From a virus (lineage: Duplodnaviria > Caudoviricetes): 64,000 nucleotides of DNA. The translations under genes and the position numbers were made by a program. The DNA lies in the IMG/VR virus record IMGVR_UViG_3300046615_000401, positions 1 to 64,000 of that record; one strand, 5' to 3'. The notes beneath the pieces were generated by a model. That model saw nothing but the letters and a program-made list of their open reading frames with translations. It was not told the origin of the DNA and ran no database searches. Below, piece by piece: positions 44,049 to 53,899 of the stretch (its first letter is position 1; each line of letters begins with the position of its first letter).

Positions 44049-47044
44049 GTATCGCCACCTTCACCCTGAAGTCGGCTACCACCAATGCTGCGGCAGAATT
44101 CAGCATCGGCCATGCCTTTAGAAAAGGCGATGTCCCTGCGGGTTCGCAGCTGGTGAGCGGACTGACGGACATGCAGGTGGTGACTAAAAATAGCTGGCCA
44201 GATGGCTCGCTGAAGTTCGCCACGATCTCCGGTCTTGCACCGCTGGTGGCCAACACCCCGCTGTCAGTGGTGCTGTCGATCGGTACGCCGGCAGGTGGCA
44301 CTGCCTTGACCACGACAGACCTGAAGGCTACTGGTATCACAGCCACTATCTCTACGGATGCAATCGGTGGTGGTGCAGCTTTTGGCTTTGCATCATGGGC
44401 TACCACCGATTGGGATACACCACATCAGACCTGGATCAGCGGCCCGAAGATGAGCAGCTGGATCTACCGCAAGCAAATCGGTACTGATGCGCACCTGGTG
44501 GCTTGGCTGGAAGTACGCCTGTGGGCCAATGGTGAAGTTGAGGTACTGCCGTGGGTTGAAAATGGTTATTTCCGTGTGGCTGCACCCACCAACAAGAATG
44601 CTGTGTACGGCTTCTATTTGGGCGGCCTGCATCTGCTTGGAGTGACTGTCGATCTGAAGCACCACCAGCGCACGGTGCTGATTAATGGCAGCATGCTGTC
44701 CTACTGGCTTGGGGTGGATCCGGGTGTAACGCCACTAGTCGATCCTGTGTACATGATGGCCACCGAACTGGTGCCCACCTATTCAGCAGTATTGGCAGCC
44801 GGGGCTGTGCGTGTCGGTGCGCAGGTCACGTCCTATGCACCATTGCAGCAAGGTAATTTCGATTACTCCGGTGACTCGATGCCGCAGTCTGGCTATCAGC
44901 GGCCGATTGGCCTGCTGCCTGAACACGATGTGTTGTACCTGGTGGCCAATGCGGCTGATCGTCCTGCCATGTACGCCTCGGTGGTACGTAATGGCTACTC
45001 GGCTGGTCGTTATAGCATCCACTTCCGGGATGAAGCCACCCAGCGACCACCAGCGTTTTCCACTTACACCACATTGGTTTTAAATGGTGGTGTGGACTCC
45101 GGCATCAAGGATACGGGAGGTTCCACTACCAGTACGTACTCGCCGCTCCCTACCGGTGGCAATGGTCCAACCTGGGATGCGTCGCATTCACCTAGTGTAG
45201 GCTACATGGCTTACCTGTTGACGGGCCGCTTCTACTTCAAGGAAGAAGTACAGTTCGCCACCACGGTCAATCACTTTCATATCACCGATTGGGTGCGGGG
45301 TGGTGGTACAGGACAAACAGGTTATACCCCTCGCCCCGGTTTTACCGGCGCATCGGGTATCTGTAACTCAGTGGTGCAAACCCGGCAAGGCGCCTGGCGC
45401 TTCCGTACGCTGGCACAAGCATTGGTCATCACACCGGACAGCGGGGATCCCCTGCGGGCTGAGCTGATCGCCAGTGTCGAAGCCAACTGTGAGTACTTCC
45501 ACCAGATTTACGTGGCACAGGCAAACAATCCCTTCGGCATTATTGAGTCCTCCGAGCTGTACACGGATATCGCCACCGATCGTTTGATGGTGCCGATCTG
45601 GCAGCACGATTTTGGTACGGCTGCTTGGGGCATGGCATTGGCATTTGATCTGCCAGTATCGTCTACCTACAAAACCAAGATGATTGCCTTCTTCGCCTGG
45701 AAGGCCAAGTCGGTCATCCATCGTCTAGGCACCTCGGCGGGTTTCCGCTTTGAGCGGGCCGGTGTGTATGAGTACGCAGCATCACCCAACACCTCGGCCA
45801 ACTTCCAATTGGGTACCGGCCCCTGGTTCGCGGATGATGCGGCGGCGTATGCTGGCACCTCGGTGAATTATCAGAATGTGACACCGGTGGACAATGTGCT
45901 GTATCTGAACAGTAATGACTTTGGTCCACCAGAACGTAGCGTGTGGGGCAATCTGGTACCGGCTATTGCCTACGCTGCCCGGCATGCTGTTATAGGAGCT
46001 GCAGCTGCCTATGCGCGCTTAACGGGCGCATCGAATTACTCGACACTGGTATCGGGTTTTAACACCACACCGGTCTGGTCTGTCGCACCAGCCGCACTTT
46101 CTGAGGAGGCACCGCTAATGGGCCTGGGTAAAGTTACACGCGCTGACTCCAATGACTTCATCAACGGCATCGTGGTATGCGGTTTTGGTGGGGATGACTT
46201 CGGCATCCTGGCTTCGGAGATTCCAACCGGTTTCGCTAATGCCTCCATGCTACTGAACGATGTGGACGGCGCGGATCCAGCGAACACCGTCTACCGTCTG
46301 CGGGCATTGAGTGGTCCCAATTTTGGTAAGCTGGTCATCAATCCGGATGGCACGCAGCAGTACACACCCACCGCTGGCTTTGTCGGTGTATCCACCGGTA
46401 CCACTGAGGTGTGGAAGAACAATGAGCTGGCGTACATTACTGACTACAGCTACACCAGTGGTTCGCCAGCGGGTGTGGTCAACCTGATTGCGGCGAACTG
46501 TACACAAGCACATACGTCATCGTCTGGTGCCATCATTATCGGCACCATCCCCACGATTACCCTGGTCGCAGCCAACTGTGCACAAGCCAATAATTCCAGC
46601 AGTGGTGCCATCAGCATTGTGGAAATCCCGGTCATCAATCTGGCAGCGGCAAACTGCACGCAGTTCAACCAGTCTTCCTCGGTGGCCTTGATCGATCCGG
46701 ATGGCTACATCCATGGTGTGCTGTATCCGGAACCCGCGGTACCAGTGACCTACACCGTGCATGGCGGCCGGCCCTACATCCTGAAACATCCAGGCTCCGA
46801 GATGTACTTCGGCGTGGATCTGGTGAACTGGCTGATTACACGTCAAACCACACTGGTTTCGGTTACAGCGGTAGCCGAGGGGATTACCGTGCTGATACCC
46901 GCCTTTGTGCAAGGCAACGCGGTACTGGCCAAGTTTGGTGCCATGGACGAGGAAGAAGAAGCTGTTAACAGCTGCACCTTCTACTTCACCTGTGATAATG
47001 GCGAAGTCGGTGTAGAGGTGATTCACTTTGAAGTGTGGCCGTAA
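44045..47044 (+). CDS. Large tail-appendage protein: PcRGLX/RIFT-barrel-like N-terminus, putative glycan-processing domain, C-terminal tail-adaptor domain
   Basis: SIGHAFRKGDVP...KNSWPDGSLKFA (RIFT-like, from memory), aromatic-rich helical middle, three linker repeats, and LKHPGSEMYFGVDLVNWL resembling fibre-tail adaptor domains. Confidence 0.65.
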   Translation: MSIATFTLKSATTNAAAEFSIGHAFRKGDVPAGSQLVSGLTDMQVVTKNSWPDGSLKFATISGLAPLVANTPLSVVLSIGTPAGGTALTTTDLKATGITATISTDAIGGGAAFGFASWATTDWDTPHQTWISGPKMSSWIYRKQIGTDAHLVAWLEVRLWANGEVEVLPWVENGYFRVAAPTNKNAVYGFYLGGLHLLGVTVDLKHHQRTVLINGSMLSYWLGVDPGVTPLVDPVYMMATELVPTYSAVLAAGAVRVGAQVTSYAPLQQGNFDYSGDSMPQSGYQRPIGLLPEHDVLYLVANAADRPAMYASVVRNGYSAGRYSIHFRDEATQRPPAFSTYTTLVLNGGVDSGIKDTGGSTTSTYSPLPTGGNGPTWDASHSPSVGYMAYLLTGRFYFKEEVQFATTVNHFHITDWVRGGGTGQTGYTPRPGFTGASGICNSVVQTRQGAWRFRTLAQALVITPDSGDPLRAELIASVEANCEYFHQIYVAQANNPFGIIESSELYTDIATDRLMVPIWQHDFGTAAWGMALAFDLPVSSTYKTKMIAFFAWKAKSVIHRLGTSAGFRFERAGVYEYAASPNTSANFQLGTGPWFADDAAAYAGTSVNYQNVTPVDNVLYLNSNDFGPPERSVWGNLVPAIAYAARHAVIGAAAAYARLTGASNYSTLVSGFNTTPVWSVAPAALSEEAPLMGLGKVTRADSNDFINGIVVCGFGGDDFGILASEIPTGFANASMLLNDVDGADPANTVYRLRALSGPNFGKLVINPDGTQQYTPTAGFVGVSTGTTEVWKNNELAYITDYSYTSGSPAGVVNLIAANCTQAHTSSSGAIIIGTIPTITLVAANCAQANNSSSGAISIVEIPVINLAAANCTQFNQSSSVALIDPDGYIHGVLYPEPAVPVTYTVHGGRPYILKHPGSEMYFGVDLVNWLITRQTTLVSVTAVAEGITVLIPAFVQGNAVLAKFGAMDEEEEAVNSCTFYFTCDNGEVGVEVIHFEVWP
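46484..46690 (+). repeat. Three tandem 78-bp (26-aa) coding repeats
   Basis: L.AANC.Q...SS..AI units at 46484, 46562 and 46640. Confidence 0.9.
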
Positions 47045-47054
47045 TTACCGGCTA

Positions 47055-47084
47055 AGCCAGCACACATAGCAACGTGTGCTGGCT
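47055..47084 (+). terminator. Hairpin between the tail and lysis genes (no U tract)
   Basis: AGCCAGCACAC-8 nt-GTGTGCTGGCT, an 11-bp perfect stem. Confidence 0.5.
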
Positions 47085-47184
47085 ATACGCTAAATTATTT
47101 GTGCAACGAGCGATACTTATGAGCAATAATGCTCCAGGACAAGTTAAAATGCCTACACAACCTACTAATAACGAGAACACGCCC

Positions 47185-47439
47185 ATGAGTCAAGAATTCA
47201 ACCAAACAGTGATGAATGAAGTGACCAATCAGGGGGCCAAGATTGGCGTGGTGTGGGTAGCCATTGGCATTACCTCCTGGGCCGAGGCTGCATCCTTCCT
47301 GGCTTTCGTTCTGTCTGCCTTGGCCCTGTGTGAGTACCTGTGGAAGAAGGTAGTGCGCCCCTTGTGCGTGCGGATGAACTGGCTGCAACCCAGCAAGAAG
47401 CGGGTCAAGCTGGTGGAGGTGGATCAGGATGAGCAATAA
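47185..47439 (+). CDS. Holin (pinholin-like)
   Basis: Two hydrophobic segments and a basic C-terminus, directly before the endolysin; start uncertain (in-frame upstream starts exist). Confidence 0.7.
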   Translation: MSQEFNQTVMNEVTNQGAKIGVVWVAIGITSWAEAASFLAFVLSALALCEYLWKKVVRPLCVRMNWLQPSKKRVKLVEVDQDEQ

Positions 47440-47938
47440 AGTACGTGCCGGCATTGCCGGCCTTGTCTTATCCGCGGCTGGTTTCATCGGCATCATCTCC
47501 AGCGAGGGCTACACGGATACGGCTGTGATCCCCACCAAGAACGATCGGCCTACCATCGGCCATGGCTCCACGGTGTGGGAGGATGGCAAACCCGTCAAGA
47601 TGGGCGACAAGATCACCCCAGTTCGGGCATTGTTCCTGGCACAGGATCACCTGGCCAAGGAAGAGATCATCTTCCGCCAATCCCTGCCGGGTGTGCAGCT
47701 GTACCAGACTGAATACGATGTCTACATCAACTGGACCTATCAATACGGCACAGGTGCCTGGTCCAAGTCGAGCATGCGGAGCAATCTGCTCATCGGGAAC
47801 TACAGCGGCGCCTGCAAGGCGCTACTGCTGTACAAGTTCTCCGGTGGGTATGATTGCTCCGTACCAGGGAATAAAGTGTGCTCCGGGGTCTGGACCCGGC
47901 AAATAGCACGCTATAACCAGTGCATGGGGGCGCAATGA
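47429..47938 (+). CDS. SAR endolysin (GH24 lysozyme)
   Basis: N-terminal Gly/Ala-rich TM segment, then catalytic E-x8-D-x5-T-like EGY...NDRPTIGHGST. Confidence 0.9.
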   Translation: MSNKVRAGIAGLVLSAAGFIGIISSEGYTDTAVIPTKNDRPTIGHGSTVWEDGKPVKMGDKITPVRALFLAQDHLAKEEIIFRQSLPGVQLYQTEYDVYINWTYQYGTGAWSKSSMRSNLLIGNYSGACKALLLYKFSGGYDCSVPGNKVCSGVWTRQIARYNQCMGAQ

Positions 47939-48303
47939 GCCCCTATGCTGCCCTGGGTACGGTATTACTGTGGGTGGCTTCGATAGCCGGCTCATATCTG
48001 TATGGTCAGCACGTAGGTGTCGAGCATGAACAGGTCAAGCAGTCTGAAGTCAAGCAAGCTATCGAAGACACACGGGAACTAGCCCGTCAAGGAGCTGCAG
48101 ATGCGATTGCAAAGATTAAAGTTCGGAATACCACCATCCAAGGCAAGGTCACTACCCTGGTCCGTGACAATCCTGTGTACCGTGATTGTGTGCATGATGA
48201 TCGGGGGTTGCAGCTCATTAATGAAGCGCTCACCGGTCAACGAGGTGGGGCCGGACGCGACGGTGGTGGCCGCCTGTCCGGAACTGACGCCCCTGCTCGA
48301 TAA
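47935..48303 (+). CDS. Rz: Inner-membrane spanin
   Basis: N-terminal TM helix plus coiled coil; ATGA overlap with the endolysin. Confidence 0.85.
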   Translation: MSPYAALGTVLLWVASIAGSYLYGQHVGVEHEQVKQSEVKQAIEDTRELARQGAADAIAKIKVRNTTIQGKVTTLVRDNPVYRDCVHDDRGLQLINEALTGQRGGAGRDGGGRLSGTDAPAR

Positions 48304-48394
48304 CACCTTCGGTGCCACCACTGCCAAGCTGGTGGAAGTGGGTGGGTTGTACAACGAATGCCGTACTGCAGCATTAGCTAGGAGCAAGCCATGA
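48101..48394 (+). CDS. Rz1: Outer-membrane spanin lipoprotein (overlapping Rz in another frame)
   Basis: Hydrophobic signal ending in the lipobox IGGC; Pro/Cys mature part ACPELTP...YNECR. Confidence 0.8.
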   Translation: MRLQRLKFGIPPSKARSLPWSVTILCTVIVCMMIGGCSSLMKRSPVNEVGPDATVVAACPELTPLLDNTFGATTAKLVEVGGLYNECRTAALARSKP

Positions 48395-48576
48395 TCAGTA
48401 GCCTGTCCCAGATGTTGATCATCACCGCTGCCACCAAGATTACCCAGGTGCCAGCGGAACCCGATCCCAAACGTGTTACTGCTGCCCTGCCGACAGAGCC
48501 CCGTTATCGCAAGCGCTGCCGGCAGTGTGATGAGGAAGGCATCGATGCACGATTACCCTGCTTAGGCCACAACTGA
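48391..48576 (+). CDS. Hypothetical protein
   Basis: 61 aa; ATGA overlap with the spanin; ends just before the terminator. Confidence 0.5.
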   Translation: MISSLSQMLIITAATKITQVPAEPDPKRVTAALPTEPRYRKRCRQCDEEGIDARLPCLGHN

Positions 48577-48599
48577 AAGGAAGGTGATCCCCGTCTCGG

Positions 48600-48623
48600 T
48601 GAAGCCCACTTAGGTGGGCTTCA
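48600..48623. terminator. Terminator hairpin between convergent lysis and rIIB genes
   Basis: TGAAGCCCAC-TTAG-GTGGGCTTCA. Confidence 0.7.
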
Positions 48624-48629
48624 TTCGTT

Positions 48630-50666
48630 TCAGGATCCGGCCATCTTGATGATGTCGGCTGCCAACTGCTCGTTGACACCCAGCACAGCCCAGCTTTTCT
48701 TGGACTGCTTCTTGATGGCCAGGATGGCTGATGCCACACCGGTGGACGGCAAGCCAATGGCCAGCAGCTTGGCGATGCGTTCCCGCGGTGAGCCAGCGGT
48801 GACACCTACAACTTCCCCGGTATACAGGTCAGTTACAGGTTGACCTGCTTTAGTATACTTGGCGGTGTACTCAGCAAGGGGTTCGTCCTGTCGCTGCGGA
48901 TCAGCTGGCTCATCACCGAAGTCCACATCATGCACCTGGGGGGTGTTGAAGATCTTTGGTGGCGGGCTGGGCTTCTTGTCAAACAGCTTGGGCGTCTTCA
49001 CTTTGATGGCTTTCGTTGGCAGATTAACTTTCACTTTGGCCGTCGGATCCGGAATACCCAGCACATCCCAGCCCTTCTTGGCTTGCTTCTTGAAGGTTAG
49101 CAGGATTTCCAAGGCACCTTCGTTACCCGCAAGGTATTGATCGTACAGCACCTTGGCTTGTTCCTTACGGGACAGCACAGCCTTATCCACCACCTTGACC
49201 ACTTCCTTCGGATCAATCGGCGGATCCAGCTGTTCCTGCACGTCGGCCAGGGCTTCCACCGGTGCCACAGGAACGGGTGCTTCCGTTGGCGCTTCCGTGG
49301 GTACGGGTTCAGCATACGCCGTGGTGATCACGCCATCGCCCATGGCACCGGTGATGCGTACTTCATGGGTACGCCCCACATGCTGTCCAGCAATGGCCTT
49401 GGCCAGCAGTTCCTGACCTTCTATTGAGCCGGTCAAGGGCTTGTTGGCCTTCAGAAGACTGTGCTGTACAGGGGTCAGTTCAGCAATGATGTGGTAGCCG
49501 CAGACACGCATCTTGTTGGCTTCGTTGTGCGGCACGGCAATCACGTCCTCCGGTGCCAGCTTGGCCAGTACGCAGACATCTCCACTGAAGCCAGAGATGT
49601 AACCACGACGGGCTACATGCAAGCCAGTGCTGCATTCATTACGACGGCTGTGGTCCACCAGTTTGGGATCCATGCAGACAAAGGCGCCGATGAACTGATC
49701 CACCTTCTTGCTGTGGCAGTCCACGTACTTGTCACCACGACGTTCCAGCACCTTGTAAATGATGATGCTGCCATCATCAGCAATAGGCAGGTCAGCCCGT
49801 TCCAGGAAGCGCAGCAGTTCATCCACCGAGTGCTGACGCTGCTCGATAACCGAAGCCAGCCGGCGCAGGAAGTTCTCCACGCCGACCGTGCTGCCCATCT
49901 TGGCAGCACGAGCAAACTGCGACTTGATCTTCTCCATGCCAGGGATGACCTTGTTGTCCACCACGGCGATGATGGTGTCCTCGCTGTCGTCATCCTGGGT
50001 ATCGTCGCGTGTACGGCCGTTTTCTTCGACGATACGGCCTTGCTGGGACACGGTCTTTTCATGGAAGGTATCCGCCTGCACCGGTATGGCGTGCGCCATG
50101 ATTTCGTTGATGGTGGCCATGGTCTGCTCCAGCTTGGGTGGTGGAGGGATTGCAGCTTCAGCTGCTTCCATTGCAGCGAGTGCTTCATCTTCCTCCGACA
50201 CGTCGTAGATGCCGGCCGTGTTGACGTGTTCCGTGGCAGGGCCAGGCCAGTGCGCAGGATTCTGATCATCGAACTCTTCCAGCAGTGCATCCAGTTCAGC
50301 TTCATCAGCTGGAGGAATAGTGGTAGTGGGTACCACACCGATGCTCATCACTGGTACTGGTGTGATGTTGACAGGTACCGGCACCACTTCCGTGAACAGA
50401 TTCTTCAGCTTGGCTTTGGCGATGCGAAAGAACTTCACAGCGCCGCTGCCCCCCTGTTCAAACTGGGCATAGCTGTTCTCTGGTGCGTTATCGATAACGA
50501 CATCCGCCCAGTTCTGACGGATCAGCTGCGGTGTGATTTCCTCGATGATGCGACGCAGCCGGGGATCCCCTTGTGGGATGATGATGGTGGAGCCATCTTC
50601 CTTGTACATGGTGAGTTGGCGCTTGTCTACCACTGCCGCTGTGATGCGGGTCATATTGGTCTTCAT
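48630..50666 (-). CDS. rIIB: RIIB-like protein
   Basis: LPIADDGSIIIYK...DCHS...ECSTGLHV....Y...F......KL.PEDVIAVP; start at MKTNM. Confidence 0.88.
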   Translation of the reverse strand: MKTNMTRITAAVVDKRQLTMYKEDGSTIIIPQGDPRLRRIIEEITPQLIRQNWADVVIDNAPENSYAQFEQGGSGAVKFFRIAKAKLKNLFTEVVPVPVNITPVPVMSIGVVPTTTIPPADEAELDALLEEFDDQNPAHWPGPATEHVNTAGIYDVSEEDEALAAMEAAEAAIPPPPKLEQTMATINEIMAHAIPVQADTFHEKTVSQQGRIVEENGRTRDDTQDDDSEDTIIAVVDNKVIPGMEKIKSQFARAAKMGSTVGVENFLRRLASVIEQRQHSVDELLRFLERADLPIADDGSIIIYKVLERRGDKYVDCHSKKVDQFIGAFVCMDPKLVDHSRRNECSTGLHVARRGYISGFSGDVCVLAKLAPEDVIAVPHNEANKMRVCGYHIIAELTPVQHSLLKANKPLTGSIEGQELLAKAIAGQHVGRTHEVRITGAMGDGVITTAYAEPVPTEAPTEAPVPVAPVEALADVQEQLDPPIDPKEVVKVVDKAVLSRKEQAKVLYDQYLAGNEGALEILLTFKKQAKKGWDVLGIPDPTAKVKVNLPTKAIKVKTPKLFDKKPSPPPKIFNTPQVHDVDFGDEPADPQRQDEPLAEYTAKYTKAGQPVTDLYTGEVVGVTAGSPRERIAKLLAIGLPSTGVASAILAIKKQSKKSWAVLGVNEQLAADIIKMAGS

Positions 50667-50676
50667 GGTTTTCCTT

Positions 50677-53100
50677 CTAGGGTTTGAGGGCGGTGACAAG
50701 CAGCTGAACGACAGCGTCAATGTCACGCGATGCGGCGGGATTGGTGGAGCCCATCAGAACGGTCAACTTATTTTGTTGGAAGGTATCGAACAGGGGGCTG
50801 CTTTGAATCCGCGCCAGGATTTCCTGGTTGATCGGATGCAGGGGGATAGGTTTCAGCTGTGCATAGGCCGCTCCCAGTGTGTCTGGATATCGGCTGCGAT
50901 AGCCGACAATCTGATGCCACAGATGGACGTATTTCTTGTCCTCCTCCGTCAGGTTGTTTACCAGGTGGAGTTTCTTCCGGCAGGTGGCATTGCCATATAC
51001 GATACGCAGCAACCACTCTTTAGGCATGTAACTGGTATAGCCATCCACAACACGCTGCACATCGTAGGGCCAGTACTTCTTGATGCGTAGGCAGCTCAGC
51101 ATGTACTGCGCCACCTTTTCAGCCACGTAGGTAAGCATCTCCTTGGCACCCTTTTCAATCCAGCTGGCATGTACTGCGGAGTTGAAAGTGACGCCCCCTT
51201 TGGCACCAAACAGGTCCACGATGTAACGGGAGGCTGCTTGGCCCAGAAAGCCTAATTGCTCAGTGGGCACCCCATCACGGATGGACAGCTGCACGACAAA
51301 CTCAGGTACCTCGATGCGGGGCGCATCATCGTATTTGGCACCCGGAGTATAGAGGCTATTGCTCTTGCTACTGAGGACACTCAGCAAGGACACCACGCCT
51401 TTCTGCTTTGGTTTGGCCGGCGCTGAACGGGAGCTAGTACGCCGTTCCGATTCATACACTTCTGACTGCGTCTTGATGGTCAAGTCCACCACCACCATGC
51501 CGGAGGCTTTGAAGAAGGCTTGCACCTTTTCCTTCTCTACTTTCTTGCCGCCGACCTGATAGAACAGGAAGCCAGGATAGCCACCCAGGTTGTTGAACTC
51601 GGCCCGTGTGGAAGCACGTTCCTTGATCTGTTTGCTGGATGTGGACAGCACGACGATGTTGCGCAGATATGGCAGCGCATGGAAGATACTCTGCGGTGCC
51701 GCATTCATTGCCGGGACTAGTGGTGCAGCGCCGGTCCTGCCCTGATTATCCGGTGCATTGCGGTCTTCCGGATCGTAAACATACAGCTGACGGATATTCA
51801 CATCGGCTTGCTGCATCTTGACCAGCAAGGGTGCCAGTATCCTACGTTGCAGCCAGGAGATATCTAACCCATTCAAAAAGGATTGGACCAATCCACGATC
51901 CAACAACCCCTCTTGCACCATGGCTTGCAGGCGCCAGGTAACTTCACGCTGACGGAAGGCAGCATCAACTGGGTAGTTGATCTGCATGTAGCGTTGCGCC
52001 ATGACAGACAGATCCTGGATCGCAGGTATGTCGGCACCTTGCTGTGCACTCGGCAGCTTACGTTCCCGTGACAGCAGCTCGCTTACCTTCTTGGCTTTAG
52101 CGGCAGCCTTGATGGTGTCATGTGCGAAGGTATCACAATGCAGATGGAACTCACCGGTGCTGCTGTCGATCATGGCCAGGAAGCCAGTAAACAAAGCCTT
52201 CAGCGAGTTGATCGTGTGTTCCTGCATGGACAGCGATTCCCGGCTGGGTGTCACCGAGATGCTGTGTGGCAGTGCCTGGAAGATGATGTTGTACTGCGTA
52301 TGGCGTTGCCGCAGTTTATGCAGGTGGTTGACGATGGCATCGTATGGCTTTTCCAGTCCTCCCACACGGTCCACCGGATACAGCACATTGCCGTAACGGA
52401 TCATGATGCGGCTGTTACTCACCATCACGTTGCTATCGATGATCAAATAGTTGGACACCGCGGTATCGAAGCCCAGACGTTTCATCGGCTGGCCGTTGAG
52501 CGTCATATTCATGTCGCCGTTGCGCACGATCTGGGCTACCAGCTCTTTGAAGCGGCGATAGTCAGTCAAGTTGTGGATATGGATCGACACCTGCAGACCC
52601 GTCTCCTGGGTAGGGAAGGTGGCAATCGGAATGATACCTGGCTTGCCCATGGCCGCAGCGGAAGACTTGGACAGGTTGTAGATGGTCTTCACACCGTTGT
52701 TGTGCGAGATCACCTCGAAGTGATCGGTGTAGGCGAAAGGCGCCTTGCAACCGAGGCCAAATCCTCCCGTCTGCTTGCCGTCGTTCTTCTTGGTGGAGTT
52801 ACCGTAGGTGCCGTAGATCAGGCCCATCTCATTGTGATGGATGCCGGTACCGTAGTCACGGATGCTGAACAGCGTCTCGGTCAGCGTGATCTCCACCGGA
52901 CGATCGGTGATGCCTGCTTCGATGTGGGCATCCCAGCCGTTGCACAGCACCTCGCGCACCACGGCCAGGATCTGATCCTTGTACAAGGTGCTGGACAGGA
53001 TGTTGAAGAACTCGGCGCTGTTGCTGATACCGAAGTCGATAGTTTCACCACCCCCGATGACAGCATGGGTGATGTGGTCGTGTTGATGCGCTACTTGCAT
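50677..53100 (-). CDS. rIIA: RIIA-like protein (N-terminal GHKL ATPase)
   Basis: ILSSTLYKDQILAVVREVLCNGWDAH, IRDYGTG, STK, TGGFGLGCKAPFAY. Confidence 0.92.
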   Translation of the reverse strand: MQVAHQHDHITHAVIGGGETIDFGISNSAEFFNILSSTLYKDQILAVVREVLCNGWDAHIEAGITDRPVEITLTETLFSIRDYGTGIHHNEMGLIYGTYGNSTKKNDGKQTGGFGLGCKAPFAYTDHFEVISHNNGVKTIYNLSKSSAAAMGKPGIIPIATFPTQETGLQVSIHIHNLTDYRRFKELVAQIVRNGDMNMTLNGQPMKRLGFDTAVSNYLIIDSNVMVSNSRIMIRYGNVLYPVDRVGGLEKPYDAIVNHLHKLRQRHTQYNIIFQALPHSISVTPSRESLSMQEHTINSLKALFTGFLAMIDSSTGEFHLHCDTFAHDTIKAAAKAKKVSELLSRERKLPSAQQGADIPAIQDLSVMAQRYMQINYPVDAAFRQREVTWRLQAMVQEGLLDRGLVQSFLNGLDISWLQRRILAPLLVKMQQADVNIRQLYVYDPEDRNAPDNQGRTGAAPLVPAMNAAPQSIFHALPYLRNIVVLSTSSKQIKERASTRAEFNNLGGYPGFLFYQVGGKKVEKEKVQAFFKASGMVVVDLTIKTQSEVYESERRTSSRSAPAKPKQKGVVSLLSVLSSKSNSLYTPGAKYDDAPRIEVPEFVVQLSIRDGVPTEQLGFLGQAASRYIVDLFGAKGGVTFNSAVHASWIEKGAKEMLTYVAEKVAQYMLSCLRIKKYWPYDVQRVVDGYTSYMPKEWLLRIVYGNATCRKKLHLVNNLTEEDKKYVHLWHQIVGYRSRYPDTLGAAYAQLKPIPLHPINQEILARIQSSPLFDTFQQNKLTVLMGSTNPAASRDIDAVVQLLVTALKP

Positions 53101-53111
53101 GGGATGGTCCT

Positions 53112-53351
53112 TTAATCTTGGGTGTCGGTGTTGAGGAAGGGATGGGTGTACTTTTTCAGGCTATACACATTGCCACTGGTACGCACCTGGCCGCCCGATT
53201 TCAAATGCAGTATGGACGCAGGTTGAAGGTGATGTTCCGAACACCGTCTACAGGGTAGATGGAGGCTGTCCGCATAGAACGTGATGTTCAAGCCTGTGCA
53301 CTGATGTGGCTTGTCGTTGATGAAAATGGTGGTGCTCCAGTCGTCACTCAC
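53112..53351 (-). CDS. Hypothetical protein
   Basis: 79 aa; 4-nt overlap with the upstream gene. Confidence 0.55.
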   Translation of the reverse strand: MSDDWSTTIFINDKPHQCTGLNITFYADSLHLPCRRCSEHHLQPASILHLKSGGQVRTSGNVYSLKKYTHPFLNTDTQD

Positions 53352-53617
53352 GCTGGTTCTCCTACGTAGTGTTTCAGCTCCAGCACGGTGGTGTGGTATT
53401 CCTCCAGCAGCCGGTCGTAATCGTCGATGCGCAGCTGCTTGGTCAGCCAGGGTGCGATGATGTAGCGGTGGTCGAGAATGGTGTACTGGAAGTCTTCATC
53501 GAATCCTTCTTCAGCGTCTTCCATGGCAGTGAACATGAATCTGTCCGGCCGGCCAGGCGAGTAGTGATCCACCCTGCAGTAGCACAGGATGTCATTGATC
53601 TTGGTTTGGAAAATCAT
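53348..53617 (-). CDS. Hypothetical protein
   Basis: 89 aa acidic protein; 4-nt overlaps on both sides. Confidence 0.65.
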   Translation of the reverse strand: MIFQTKINDILCYCRVDHYSPGRPDRFMFTAMEDAEEGFDEDFQYTILDHRYIIAPWLTKQLRIDDYDRLLEEYHTTVLELKHYVGEPA

Positions 53618-53889
53618 GCTGCCCCCACCACTGTCAGGGCTGCGTCAATAATCACCATGGTGCTGGGGTTGTAGCGAATTTCGTCAGCAAGACGCAGGCG
53701 TTCTCTCGCCAGCTTCAACGCTGCTACTAGCGGGTCATGGCTGTTGATGGCCAGTGCTATGGCATCAAACAATGGCCGGCTACTTGGACCACCAGACAAT
53801 TCATGTCGGAGTCCATCATCGAGTTCCAAGACACCATGCAGGAAGGTAATCTTGTCACCGCGCTTTTCTTCTTCGATAGTAAATTTCAT
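53614..53889 (-). CDS. Hypothetical protein
   Basis: 91 aa; AAGGA SD. Confidence 0.6.
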   Translation of the reverse strand: MKFTIEEEKRGDKITFLHGVLELDDGLRHELSGGPSSRPLFDAIALAINSHDPLVAALKLARERLRLADEIRYNPSTMVIIDAALTVVGAA

Positions 53890-53899
53890 GCCGCTTCCT

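Noticed and set aside
43632-46690. CRISPR array or DGR template/variable repeats
   Set aside because: The repeats are in-frame protein repeats with synonymous divergence. There are no unique spacers, no adenine-specific mismatch pattern and no reverse transcriptase.
47074-47185. Holin/antiholin dual-start system
   Set aside because: Several in-frame upstream starts exist, but none has a convincing SD or the Met-Lys-Met pattern; it cannot be supported from sequence alone.
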